Assembly: GCF_001644705.1 (NCBI RefSeq)
Contig: NZ_CP015137.1
Span: forward strand, 3,870,001-3,902,000
DNA length: 32,000 nt
Source: Dickeya solani IPO 2222
GTDB taxonomy: Bacteria > Pseudomonadota > Gammaproteobacteria > Enterobacterales > Enterobacteriaceae
Reading direction: 5' to 3'
Shown here: positions 9,573 to 19,165 of the stretch, in pieces
How the letters are laid out: every line of letters begins with the position of its first letter
Position numbering within the stretch: the first letter of the stretch is position 1
Notes under the pieces: generated by a model
Database searches by the model: none
Told to the model about the DNA's origin: nothing
What the model saw: the letters and a program-made list of their open reading frames with translations, nothing else
Translations under genes and position numbers: made by a program

Positions 9573-10595
9573 ATGCCAGTCTTTTCTCATGAGTATTTAC
9601 GTCGCTATCTGCGCGAACGCCTGTCCGAGGTGGACGTCAGCACGGAGATTGCCGGGATAGTGGCGGATAATCTGGTGGAATCCAGCTTAAAAGGGCACGA
9701 CTCTCACGGCGTCAGCATGCTGCCGCGTTATATCGCCGCCATTCGCGAAGGCGGGCTGTCGCCGCACGCCCGGGCGGAACAGACCCTGGACGCCGGGCCG
9801 ATGCTGGCGTTTTCCGGGCAGCATGGTTTTGGCCAGGTGGTGGCCCGGCAGGCGATAGCACAGGGTATTGAACGCGCGAAACAGCAGGGCGTGGCGGTGA
9901 TCAGCCTGTCGGACGCACATCATCTCGGGCGCATCGGCGCCTGGGCGGAGCAGGCGGCGGAAGCGGGGCTGGTGTCGTTGCATTTCGCCAATGTCTATAC
10001 CCGCCCGATCGTCATGCCCTGGCAGGGGCAGCTGCCGCGTTTCGGCACCAATCCGTTCTGCGCCGGCGTCCCGGTGGCGGGCGGCTTGCCGGTGATTCTC
10101 GATTTCGCCACCAGCGTGATTGCCGGCAACAAAGCGCGGATTGCCTGGAACGAGGGGCGACAGCTGCCGCCGGGGCAGATTGTCGACAGTCAGGGCCAGC
10201 CTGCGGTGGACCCGCGTTGGCTAATGGAAGAGCCATTCGGCGCGCTGCTGGCGTTCGGTCAGCATAAAGGCTCCGGGCTGGCGCTGGTGTGCTCGTTGCT
10301 TGGCGCGGCGCTGACCGGCGGGTCGACCGAGCGCACCGCCACCGGTCAGGGTAAGCAGATCATCAACAGCATGCTGTCGATACTGATCGACCCGGCGCGG
10401 CTGGGCGGCGCGGCCAGCTATCAACAGGAAATTCCCGCCTTGCTGGACTGGGTGCGCCAGTCGCGTCCTGACGGCGGATTGCTGCTGCCCGGCGACCCGG
10501 AACAGCAGGCGTATCAGCAACGGTTGGCAAACGGTATTTTCGTCGATGACACCAGTTGGCAGCAATTAACCGAACTGGAGCGGCAAGTGGCCTGA
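9573..10595 (+). CDS. Ldh_2 family (malate/L-lactate/sulfolactate-type) 2-hydroxyacid dehydrogenase, YbiC/HcxB-like
   Basis: GHDSHGVSMLPRYI, HHLGRIGAWAEQAAEAGLVSLHF, RFGTNPFC, FGQHKGSGLA and LLPGDPE are collinear from memory with E. coli YbiC. Confidence 0.9.
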   Translation: MPVFSHEYLRRYLRERLSEVDVSTEIAGIVADNLVESSLKGHDSHGVSMLPRYIAAIREGGLSPHARAEQTLDAGPMLAFSGQHGFGQVVARQAIAQGIERAKQQGVAVISLSDAHHLGRIGAWAEQAAEAGLVSLHFANVYTRPIVMPWQGQLPRFGTNPFCAGVPVAGGLPVILDFATSVIAGNKARIAWNEGRQLPPGQIVDSQGQPAVDPRWLMEEPFGALLAFGQHKGSGLALVCSLLGAALTGGSTERTATGQGKQIINSMLSILIDPARLGGAASYQQEIPALLDWVRQSRPDGGLLLPGDPEQQAYQQRLANGIFVDDTSWQQLTELERQVA

Positions 10596-10775
10596 ACCGG
10601 CTGCCAGTCAGTGCGCCACAATTATTTTTATCATTTTGAGTAGCCAGCGCATCATCTTATTTCATGGCGCATTCTGCAGCACAGGTTTATTGCTTCGCCC
10701 GTTTATTAGCGTGGGCGAAATAAGATGAAAAAAACGATGGCTAAAACACATTGATTATTTTCCGAGGAGAAGAAT

Positions 10776-11789
10776 ATGCATCTCGCCCGTTTTCCCCGCT
10801 TATCGCTGGGCCATTTCCCTACGCCGCTGGAACCGCTGCCGCGTTTATCCGCTTATCTTGGCGGCCCGACGATTTATATCAAACGTGACGACACCACCGG
10901 GCTGGCGACCGGCGGTAATAAAACCCGCAAACTCGAATTTCTGCTGGCGGAAGCCTTGCAACAGGACGCCGATGTCATCATCACCCAGGGCGCCACTCAA
11001 TCCAACCATGTACGGCAAACCATTGCCGCCGCGGCGAAACTGGGGCTGAAAACCCAGGTGCTGCTGGAAAAACGGGTTGAGGATTACGGCGTGGATTATC
11101 AGCGTTCCGGCAACGTGCTGCTGGATAAGCTGCTGGGCGGCGACATTGTTGACCACCTGCCGGCCGGCACCGATATGCAGCAGGCGATGGAGGTGTTGGC
11201 CGCGACGTTGCGCGAGCAGGGACACCGCCCTTACGTGATCCCCGGCGGCGGTTCCAGTCCGACCGGCGCGCTGGGATACGCCGCCTGTGCTGAAGAGCTG
11301 TTGTATCAGTCCAGCCAGCAGCGGCTGCGCATCGACCATATCGTACACGCCACCGGCAGCACCGGCACTCAGGCCGGGCTGGTTGCCGGGTTGACCGCCA
11401 GCAACAGCGGCATTCCGGTGCTGGGCATCAGCGTGCGTGCGCCGAAGGCGAAGCAGGAAGAGAACGTCTGGCAACTGGCGCAGCGCACCTGGCAGAAGCT
11501 GGGGCTGGCGGGCGAGGTGCCGCGCAAGGCTATCCAGGTTAACAGCGACTATGTCGGGCAAGGATACGGCATTCCCACCGCCGGGACGCTGGAAGCCCTG
11601 ACGCTGGCGGCACAGCTGGAAGGCATTTTGCTGGACCCGGTCTATTCCGGCAAGGCGCTGGCCGGGTTGATCGATCTGGCGCGCCAGGGGCGGTTCGGCA
11701 AAAACGAAAACGTGCTGTTTATTCATACCGGCGGCTCGGCCGGACTGTTTGGTTACCGCCAACTGTTCGAACAGCAGGAAGGCTGGTGA
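10776..11789 (+). CDS. PLP-dependent D-cysteine desulfhydrase / ACC deaminase / cysteate sulfo-lyase (CuyA) family enzyme
   Basis: [57 protein letters not shown] (PLP-lysine motif GGNKxRKLEF), QSNHVRQT and TGGS. Collinear with E. coli DcyD, but the gene context differs. Confidence 0.85.
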   Translation: MHLARFPRLSLGHFPTPLEPLPRLSAYLGGPTIYIKRDDTTGLATGGNKTRKLEFLLAEALQQDADVIITQGATQSNHVRQTIAAAAKLGLKTQVLLEKRVEDYGVDYQRSGNVLLDKLLGGDIVDHLPAGTDMQQAMEVLAATLREQGHRPYVIPGGGSSPTGALGYAACAEELLYQSSQQRLRIDHIVHATGSTGTQAGLVAGLTASNSGIPVLGISVRAPKAKQEENVWQLAQRTWQKLGLAGEVPRKAIQVNSDYVGQGYGIPTAGTLEALTLAAQLEGILLDPVYSGKALAGLIDLARQGRFGKNENVLFIHTGGSAGLFGYRQLFEQQEGW

Positions 11790-12517
11790 TGCCGCTGCCG
11801 GCGCGTTTTCTGGTCGGGGTGCTGGGCGGCATGGGGCCGCTCGCTACCGTCGATCTGTTGCAGAAGATCATTGCCGCCACGTCCGCTGAGCGCGACCAGC
11901 AACATGTACCGGTCGCGGTGTGGAATGTGCCGCAGATTCCGGATCGCCAGCGGGCGCTGGCCGGGATTGGCGCATCGCCGTTGCCGGCGTTGTTGGATGG
12001 CGTTGAGCACCTCAACCGGCTGGATATCAGTCACCTGATCATTCCCTGCAATACCGCGCATCACTGGTTTGATGAACTGCGATCGGCCAGCCGCGCACCG
12101 GTGCTGCATATCGCCGATGTCACGCTGACACAGGCGCAGGCCGCGCTGGCTGACACCCCGTCACCCCGGGTAGGCCTGATCGCCACCCACGGCACGCTGG
12201 CGGCGGGCTGGTATCAACAGCGGCTGTCGGCGCTGGATATCGAGACGGTGCTGCCTGATGAACAGGAGATGGATAATCTGTTTGTGCCGGGCTGTTACGC
12301 CGTTAAGCGCGGCGACGTGGCGGCGGGCGGGCAACTGTTCGGGCAACTGGCCGATCGGCTGGCTGCACGCGGCGCCACCCATCTGATTCTGGCCTGTACC
12401 GAAGTGGCCCCCGGACTGGCGGCAACGCAGTCACGCTGGCTGGCGCGTAGTATCGACAGTACCGAGGCGCTGGCCCGGCACTGCGTCGCGCTGTGGCGGG
12501 AACAGGCGGGCGGGTAA
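11786..12517 (+). CDS. aspartate/glutamate/hydantoin racemase family protein (YgeA/aspartate-racemase-like)
   Basis: [12 protein letters not shown]-terminal motif and two catalytic-cysteine motifs ([10 protein letters not shown] and ILACTEV). Its start overlaps the upstream stop as ATGA. Confidence 0.85.
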   Translation: MMPLPARFLVGVLGGMGPLATVDLLQKIIAATSAERDQQHVPVAVWNVPQIPDRQRALAGIGASPLPALLDGVEHLNRLDISHLIIPCNTAHHWFDELRSASRAPVLHIADVTLTQAQAALADTPSPRVGLIATHGTLAAGWYQQRLSALDIETVLPDEQEMDNLFVPGCYAVKRGDVAAGGQLFGQLADRLAARGATHLILACTEVAPGLAATQSRWLARSIDSTEALARHCVALWREQAGG

Positions 12518-12555
12518 CGAAAAACCGCCCGACGGCTGGGACCGAACGGGCGGTT
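12516..12555 (-). terminator. rho-independent terminator downstream of dcuB (hairpin shared with the convergent racemase gene)
   Basis: A 9 bp stem, aaccgcccg (12523-12531) with cgggcggtt (12547-12555). On the minus strand it is followed by a T-run (cgggcggTTTTTcgtt). A second perfect 9 bp hairpin lies at 12572-12597. Confidence 0.6.
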
Positions 12556-12605
12556 GAGGGGAGAAACGCGTGCTGCGCCGACGTGCTCCGGCGCAGCGGG
12601 ATAAC

Positions 12606-13946
12606 TCAGTAATACCCGTACATGGCGGCGAACACCCAGCCGAATACGCAGGAGGTGCTGACGCCAATCAGGCCCGGCAGGATGAAACTGTGGTTAATCA
12701 CAAACCGGCCGATGTGAGTGGTACCGGAGCGGTCGAACTGGATAGCGGCCAGATCGCTGGGGTAGGTCGGCAGAATGTAGTAACCGTAGCAAGCCGGCGC
12801 CGATGCCACGATGTACGCCGGGTCAACGCCGATCGCCAGCGCTACCGGCACAATGGCGGCCAGCGCGGCGGCCTGCGAGTTCACGAACTTGGACACCAGC
12901 AGCAGGATCAGCGCATACGCCCACGGGTACTCTTTTACCAGCGTGCCCAGCGTTTCCTTAATTTCCGTCAGGTGCGCGCCGAACATGGTTTCCGCCATCC
13001 AGGCGATGCCGTACACCGCGACAATCGCGATCATCCCGGAACGGAATACCTCGTTTTTCGAAATCGACCCCGGATTGGTTTTGGTGGCGATGATGATGAT
13101 GGCGCCGGACAGCAGCATGAACATCTGAATCACCAGCACCATCGACAGCGGTTTGCCGCCGAAGGTCGGACGCAGGCTTTCCACCGCGCCCAACAGCGCT
13201 ACCGCGGCGATAGTGGCGAGGAAGATCCACATGGCAACCCAGTTGCTGCGCGGCAGTTTGCGGTCCAGCAGGGTGGCGGTGTCGCCGTAGACGTACTCGC
13301 GGTTTTCCGGCACGGAAATGAATTTCTGGAATTCCGGGTCCTTGTCGAGATCTTTACCCCTGAACCAACTGAAAATCCCGATGGCCAGAATACCCAACAG
13401 GGTAGAGGGAATCGTGATTGCCAGTAAGTCCAGGAATTCAAGATGTTTGCCGTGGAAGGTGAATTTGCCGAGCATAGCGACCAGCGACACCACCGCCACC
13501 GAGACCGGGCTGGCGATAATCCCCATCTGCGCGCCGATTGAACTGGCGGCCATCGGCCGTTCCGGGCGGATATTGTTCTTGATGGCGACGTCGTAAATAA
13601 TCGGCAGGATGGTATACACCACGTGGCCGGTGCCGCACAGAATGGTCAGTATACAGGTCACGAACGGCGCAATGATCGACACATATTTCGGGTTACGCCG
13701 CAGCATTTTTTCCGCTACCTGCAGCATCACATCCAGCCCGCCGGAGGCTTGCAGCGTGGCAGAGGCGGCCACCACGGAGATGATGACCAGCATCACGTCC
13801 ACCGGCGGTTTCCCAGGTTCTAGTTTAAAAATGAAAACCAGAATGACGAGCCCGATACCCCCTAATAATCCGAGCGCGATACCACCTTTTCGCGCACCGT
13901 AAAACAGGCAGATCAGGACTATGATAAGTTGAATGATAAAGTCCAT
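12606..13946 (-). CDS. dcuB: anaerobic C4-dicarboxylate transporter DcuB
   Basis: 446 aa and near-collinear with E. coli DcuB as I remember it ([33 protein letters not shown]...[11 protein letters not shown]..., ending FGWxFAAMYG). Confidence 0.95.
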   Translation of the reverse strand: MDFIIQLIIVLICLFYGARKGGIALGLLGGIGLVILVFIFKLEPGKPPVDVMLVIISVVAASATLQASGGLDVMLQVAEKMLRRNPKYVSIIAPFVTCILTILCGTGHVVYTILPIIYDVAIKNNIRPERPMAASSIGAQMGIIASPVSVAVVSLVAMLGKFTFHGKHLEFLDLLAITIPSTLLGILAIGIFSWFRGKDLDKDPEFQKFISVPENREYVYGDTATLLDRKLPRSNWVAMWIFLATIAAVALLGAVESLRPTFGGKPLSMVLVIQMFMLLSGAIIIIATKTNPGSISKNEVFRSGMIAIVAVYGIAWMAETMFGAHLTEIKETLGTLVKEYPWAYALILLLVSKFVNSQAAALAAIVPVALAIGVDPAYIVASAPACYGYYILPTYPSDLAAIQFDRSGTTHIGRFVINHSFILPGLIGVSTSCVFGWVFAAMYGYY

Positions 13947-14038
13947 AGATTCCCCATTGCTCAGAATGACGAGTTAATTAATTGAGATTGGATTACTGTC
14001 GTCATGGGTACTATAGAGATTATTCCGTCTATTTTTTC

Positions 14039-14052
14039 TTGATCTAAATCTA
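14039..14052. promoter_or_regulatory. candidate FNR box upstream of dcuB
   Basis: TTGAT-CTAA-ATCTA matches TTGAT-N4-ATCAA at 9 of 10 positions, about 95 bp upstream of the dcuB ATG. E. coli dcuB is known to be FNR-activated. Confidence 0.35.
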
Positions 14053-14620
14053 CTATTCCCACTGTTTCTTTCCTTGATGGAGAATTAACGGGGGTGTACT
14101 ACAAGAATAAAAAACGTCTGATTTTTTTAGTTTATTAACTATAATATTAATTTTATAATTCTTAATAAAGATGAGTTGTCGTAAATTTGTTTCATAGGTT
14201 TTGTTGCTGCACTAATTTGTTTTAATAAGTGTTTTGTTTTTGTTGTGGTGGTGTTTTTTTATGGTTGTGTTTTTGCCCCAATAAAGTGGATAACGTGAAA
14301 GTGAACACTGTTTTAAAAATGAAACAATAATTTATTTTTATAATATGTGATTGATTTTAATGGTTTTTATATAAATTATATTCTGTGTTTACTGTCTATT
14401 TTTTAATGTCAATCGAGTGTGGCGATAGCCAGGAATAAATGATAATAATTCCCGACACGCTCTGAGTGCATTATTTTATAAATCTATCGGTAACATCACA
14501 TTATTTCACTTGTAGGTGAAGTGAATATGGCGGAGAACGGGTAATAGTTTTTCTGGTTATTAAAATAAAATAGTCATGGCATATTTTTGTCTATTGGGCG
14601 TGCGCTGCGCGCGCCAATGC

Positions 14621-14680
14621 GATGTCTGCCGGGTTGATGTATACCGGGTTGATGTATACCGGGTTGATGTCTGCCGGGTA
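14621..14680. repeat. 4 x 15 bp tandem direct repeat upstream of patD
   Basis: gatgtctgccgggtt / gatgtataccgggtt / gatgtataccgggtt / gatgtctgccgggta, contiguous, lying 220-280 bp upstream of the patD ATG. Confidence 0.9.
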
Positions 14681-14725
14681 GAGATGTGGTTTCCCTCACA
14701 GGGTTGTACGCTTATTTGCTAACGG

Positions 14726-14761
14726 CTCGGCTACGCTTGATGACTCGGCTACGCTTGATAA
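14726..14761. repeat. 2 x 18 bp tandem direct repeat upstream of patD
   Basis: ctcggctacgcttgat occurs at 14726-14741 and again at 14744-14759, an 18 bp period. Confidence 0.85.
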
Positions 14762-14818
14762 GGAACGCCTGCGGTTTTTCACCCGTGCATCCGAACGCGG
14801 TTCACGCACCGTGAAGAT

Positions 14819-14848
14819 GGCAGATATTTTGCAAGGCAGATATTTTGC
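14819..14848. repeat. 2 x 16 bp-period tandem direct repeat upstream of patD
   Basis: ggcagatattttgc occurs at 14819-14832 and 14835-14848, 50-80 bp upstream of the patD ATG. Confidence 0.85.
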
Positions 14849-14899
14849 CAATAAGTCTCTACAGGTAGGCCTACAGCTATCGCTTCGAGGGATCAGGTT

Positions 14900-16336
14900 A
14901 TGCACGACAAGATATTGACTGACATGTTGATTGACGGAAAACGGGTGTCGGGCAAGGGGGAGCCTTACACGGTATACAACCCGGCGACCGGCGAAGCCAT
15001 CATCACCATTGCGCAGGCGGACCTGGCGCAGGTCGATGACGCGGTGATGGCGGCGGATGCCGCGTTTGCCCACTGGGGGCAGACCACGCCGAAAACGCGC
15101 GCCGGGCTGCTGCTGAAACTGGCGGACGCCATCGAGGCGCACGGCGAGACGCTGGCCCAGCTGGAATCGCTGAACTGCGGCAAGCCCTATCACGCGGCGC
15201 TGAATGACGAGATCCCGGCGGTGGCGGACGTGTTCCGCTTCTTCGCAGGGGCGGCGCGCTGCCTGAACGGGTCGGCGGCGGGCGAGTATCTGGAAGGCCA
15301 TACTTCAATGATTCGCCGCGATCCGGTCGGCGTCGTCGCCTCTATCGCTCCCTGGAATTATCCACTGATGATGGCGGCGTGGAAGCTGGCCCCGGCGCTG
15401 GCGGCGGGGAACTGCGCGGTGCTGAAGCCGGCGGAGCAGACGCCGTTGTCGACGCTGTATCTGGCCAGCCTGTTGGCCGACCTGTTCCCGTCGGGCGTGG
15501 TCAATATTCTGTTCGGGCAGGGACGAGAAATCGGCGATGCGCTGACCGGCCACGAGCGAGTACGCATGGTCTCGCTGACCGGGTCGATCGCCACCGGTTC
15601 GCATATCATCGGCAATGCGGCGGCCAGCGTGAAACGCACCCACATGGAGTTGGGCGGCAAAGCACCGGTGATTGTGTTTGACGACGCCGACCTGGAACAG
15701 GTGGTGGACGGTATTCGCAGTTTCGGTTTCTACAACGCCGGGCAGGATTGCACCGCCGCCTGCCGCTTGTACGTGCAGCGCCCGGTGTATGAACAACTGG
15801 TGGAGGCGCTGGGCAAGGCCGTCGCCACCCTGAAGATCGGCGCGCCCGACGACCCTGCCACCGAGCTGGGGCCGCTGATTACCGCTGAGCAACTGGAGCG
15901 GGTCGCCGGTTTTGTTGAACGCGCCCGCGCGCAATCGCATATCCGGCTGATCACCGGTGGGGAGCGGGTGCCCGGCGGCGGTTACTATTTTCAGCCCACG
16001 GTGCTGGCGGATGCCCTGCAGGAGGACGAAATCGTCCAGCGGGAAGTGTTTGGCCCGGTCATCTCCATCACGCCGTTTGACGACGAAGCGCAGGTGGTGG
16101 CGTGGGCCAACGACTCGCGCTACGGGCTGGCGTCCTCGGTGTGGACCCGCGACATCGGCCGCGCGCACCGCGTCGCCGCCTGTCTGGAATACGGTTGCAC
16201 CTGGGTCAATACCCACTTTATGCTGGTGAGCGAGATGCCGCACGGCGGCCAGAAGCTGTCCGGCTACGGCAAGGACATGTCGGTCTACGGTCTGGAGGAT
16301 TACACCGTGGTGCGGCACATCATGATCCGGCATTGA
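14900..16336 (+). CDS. patD: gamma-aminobutyraldehyde (1-pyrroline) dehydrogenase PatD (YdcW/Prr)
   Basis: GAGGGA RBS. Near-collinear with E. coli PatD from memory (VYNPATG, [60 protein letters not shown], ELGGKAP, ending [16 protein letters not shown]). Confidence 0.93.
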   Translation: MHDKILTDMLIDGKRVSGKGEPYTVYNPATGEAIITIAQADLAQVDDAVMAADAAFAHWGQTTPKTRAGLLLKLADAIEAHGETLAQLESLNCGKPYHAALNDEIPAVADVFRFFAGAARCLNGSAAGEYLEGHTSMIRRDPVGVVASIAPWNYPLMMAAWKLAPALAAGNCAVLKPAEQTPLSTLYLASLLADLFPSGVVNILFGQGREIGDALTGHERVRMVSLTGSIATGSHIIGNAAASVKRTHMELGGKAPVIVFDDADLEQVVDGIRSFGFYNAGQDCTAACRLYVQRPVYEQLVEALGKAVATLKIGAPDDPATELGPLITAEQLERVAGFVERARAQSHIRLITGGERVPGGGYYFQPTVLADALQEDEIVQREVFGPVISITPFDDEAQVVAWANDSRYGLASSVWTRDIGRAHRVAACLEYGCTWVNTHFMLVSEMPHGGQKLSGYGKDMSVYGLEDYTVVRHIMIRH

Positions 16337-16383
16337 CGGCATGGGCGAGGGCGGGCAGGTGGTGAAAAAATGCCCGATACTGG

Positions 16384-16422
16384 GGCGGATTGCACAAGAG
16401 TAGTGCGTCCGCCTTGTTTTTT
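16384..16422 (+). terminator. rho-independent terminator after patD
   Basis: ggcgga..gcac pairs with gtgc..tccgcc (16384-16413, one small bulge), followed by ttgttttttgagcgtttttt. Confidence 0.7.
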
Positions 16423-16552
16423 GAGCGTTTTTTGCTCTTTATAAGGCGGCTAATGGCCGGGGGTAATACGGAATATATTATTTCTGTTATAAAGTGTTGC
16501 AAAAATAGACAATGACGGGAGGAAATCGTGATTTCCAAATCGGGTGGGCAAG

Positions 16553-16568
16553 TGGTGCGTTATATGCA
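16553..16568 (+). promoter_or_regulatory. candidate sigma54 (-24/-12) promoter for patA
   Basis: TGGTGCGTTATATGCA against TGGCACG-N4-TTGCA: the GG and GC dinucleotides have exactly the canonical spacing. The site lies 48 nt upstream of the patA start. From memory, E. coli patA (ygjG) is nitrogen-regulated. Confidence 0.45.
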
Positions 16569-16579
16569 TTACTTAAATT

Positions 16580-18034
<1,455 letters not shown>

Positions 18035-18078
18035 ACACCCACCCTTATGCGTTCAGCCCGGTGCTGAGCCGATACGTT

Positions 18079-18112
18079 AAGCCAGTCTGATTAGTCGACT
18101 GGCTTTTTTTTG
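18079..18112 (+). terminator. rho-independent terminator after patA
   Basis: Perfect 9 bp stem, aagccagtc (18079-18087) with gactggctt (18097-18105), a 9 nt loop and then a T8 run. Confidence 0.85.
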
Positions 18113-18142
18113 TGGTAAATCTGCCGGAGATGGAAGAACAGA

Positions 18143-18463
18143 TTAAAAATCAAATTCACTGAGTTTGTCTTCTATCTGCCGATTTCCTTTGTACTTATGT
18201 CTGAGCTCATTCTGCTGTTTTTTCGCCGGCTTGCAGTACTTATTCACTTCCCGCTCAATTTCCCGCTGGCGTGATTTAGGCAGTGAGCTGTCCCACTCTC
18301 CGGAGAGATATTGACATTCCTCCGCGTTATTTAAGAAGCGTTGTACGTCGTCGGGAAGTTTTACGTCATCAGGAAAATGAACGGTATTCGCTAACGTAAC
18401 CTGCCACGGTAACAGGCAAAAGAGCATGATGATGCTTGATATGCCGTTGCTGATTCTCTGCAT
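18143..18463 (-). CDS. hypothetical small secreted protein
   Basis: Track ORF 18143..18505, trimmed to the internal ATG 18463 that gives MQRISNGISSIIMLFCLLPWQVTLA, a signal-like N-terminus. The protein is AT-rich and charged with two Cys. I recognised no family. Confidence 0.5.
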   Translation of the reverse strand: MQRISNGISSIIMLFCLLPWQVTLANTVHFPDDVKLPDDVQRFLNNAEECQYLSGEWDSSLPKSRQREIEREVNKYCKPAKKQQNELRHKYKGNRQIEDKLSEFDF

Positions 18464-18600
18464 TTTATTCGCCTGGATTGGGTAAATTAAATAGAACCGT
18501 TGCAAACTGAAATGCCAAACGCAATTTATAGTATCAACTGCTGTTGCAATTTGCAGTTACAAGAGTGGCAATCACGTAATTTTTATCATAAAGTTGTAGG

Positions 18601-18810
18601 GTGGTGTTTTTTAATCTGGTAATTGATGTGATTGACTATATTATCAAATTTCTGATGGAGCTCGCCAGTGATATTTTATGGGGAGTGGTTCCCGTCATCC
18701 TGATTGTAATGTGTTCTGTTATCACACTGGCGCTCTTCCCAGATATCTGGGGGCGATTAACATTAGGATTCACAGTAGTAGTTTTGGCCGGTGTTTGGTA
18801 TAGAAAATAA
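18601..18810 (+). CDS. hypothetical small membrane protein (two predicted hydrophobic helices)
   Basis: Track ORF with a GTG start, plus an alternative ATG at 18655. Hydrophobic stretches are VVPVILIVMCSVITLALF and LTLGFTVVVLAGVW. No clear RBS. Confidence 0.3.
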   Translation: MVFFNLVIDVIDYIIKFLMELASDILWGVVPVILIVMCSVITLALFPDIWGRLTLGFTVVVLAGVWYRK

Positions 18811-18936
18811 CAGCAGTATGGTTATGGCTGCTGGGTTATTCCTTAAATAAGCGTTTTCATTCCGCATACTATATCCGGAAATATCTGCTGATTTATGTGA
18901 TTATGTAATTGATTTATATTTCAACTAGGAGATCTG

Positions 18937-19104
18937 ATGTTGCGTGATTTTATTTTTATACATGATTGGCTAACAGGTTTAGAGAATAAAAGGATATTTA
19001 AGGCATTCGTTGAGGAGGAATTTATCAAAAGGAACAACTCACTGATTGATTTCGTACCCAGGCAACGAACTCAAGGCTTCGGGCACGGTATACGCAGTCT
19101 GTGA
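18937..19104 (+). CDS. hypothetical 55-aa protein (below the ORF-track size cutoff)
   Basis: Found by hand translation: ATG 18937 preceded by AGGAG (18927-18931), encoding MLRDFIFIHDWLTGLENKRIFKAFVEEEFIKRNNSLIDFVPRQRTQGFGHGIRSL, with stop TGA at 19102-19104. No family recognised. Confidence 0.3.
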   Translation: MLRDFIFIHDWLTGLENKRIFKAFVEEEFIKRNNSLIDFVPRQRTQGFGHGIRSL

Positions 19105-19165
19105 TATGGAGATATCCGGTCAGGAGAATGGCCGATAGTTTATTAACCGTCGGCCGCAGAATGCG

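Noticed and set aside
10725-10754. Mini-ORF MKKTMAKTH just upstream of the DcyD/CuyA-like gene, possibly a leader peptide
   Set aside because: It has no regulatory-codon bias (no Cys or Met run), no convincing RBS and no attenuator-type alternative hairpins. The nearby hairpin at 10694-10719 lacks a T-run.
10845-11762. 305 aa minus-strand ORF opposite the DcyD/CuyA-like gene
   Set aside because: Shadow ORF. The sense strand carries the PLP-lysine motif and an RBS, while the antisense product is low in complexity.
12570-13427. 285 aa plus-strand ORF opposite dcuB
   Set aside because: Shadow ORF. dcuB on the minus strand is unambiguous along its whole length.
14281-14330. CRP-like half sites (GTGA-N6-ACAC and TGTGA-N6-TTAAT) in the dcuB upstream region
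   Set aside because: They match the TGTGA-N6-TCACA consensus at no more than 7 of 10 positions, in very AT-rich DNA where such matches are expected by chance.
14621-14680. Tandem repeats considered as a possible CRISPR array
   Set aside because: The units are contiguous with no spacers and only 15 bp long, and no cas genes lie nearby. This is a simple tandem repeat.
14696-15301. 201 aa minus-strand ORF running from patD into its upstream repeats
   Set aside because: It is antisense to the strongly supported patD, with an Arg-rich composition and no RBS.
15305-16342. 345 aa minus-strand ORF opposite patD
   Set aside because: Shadow ORF in a high-GC gene.
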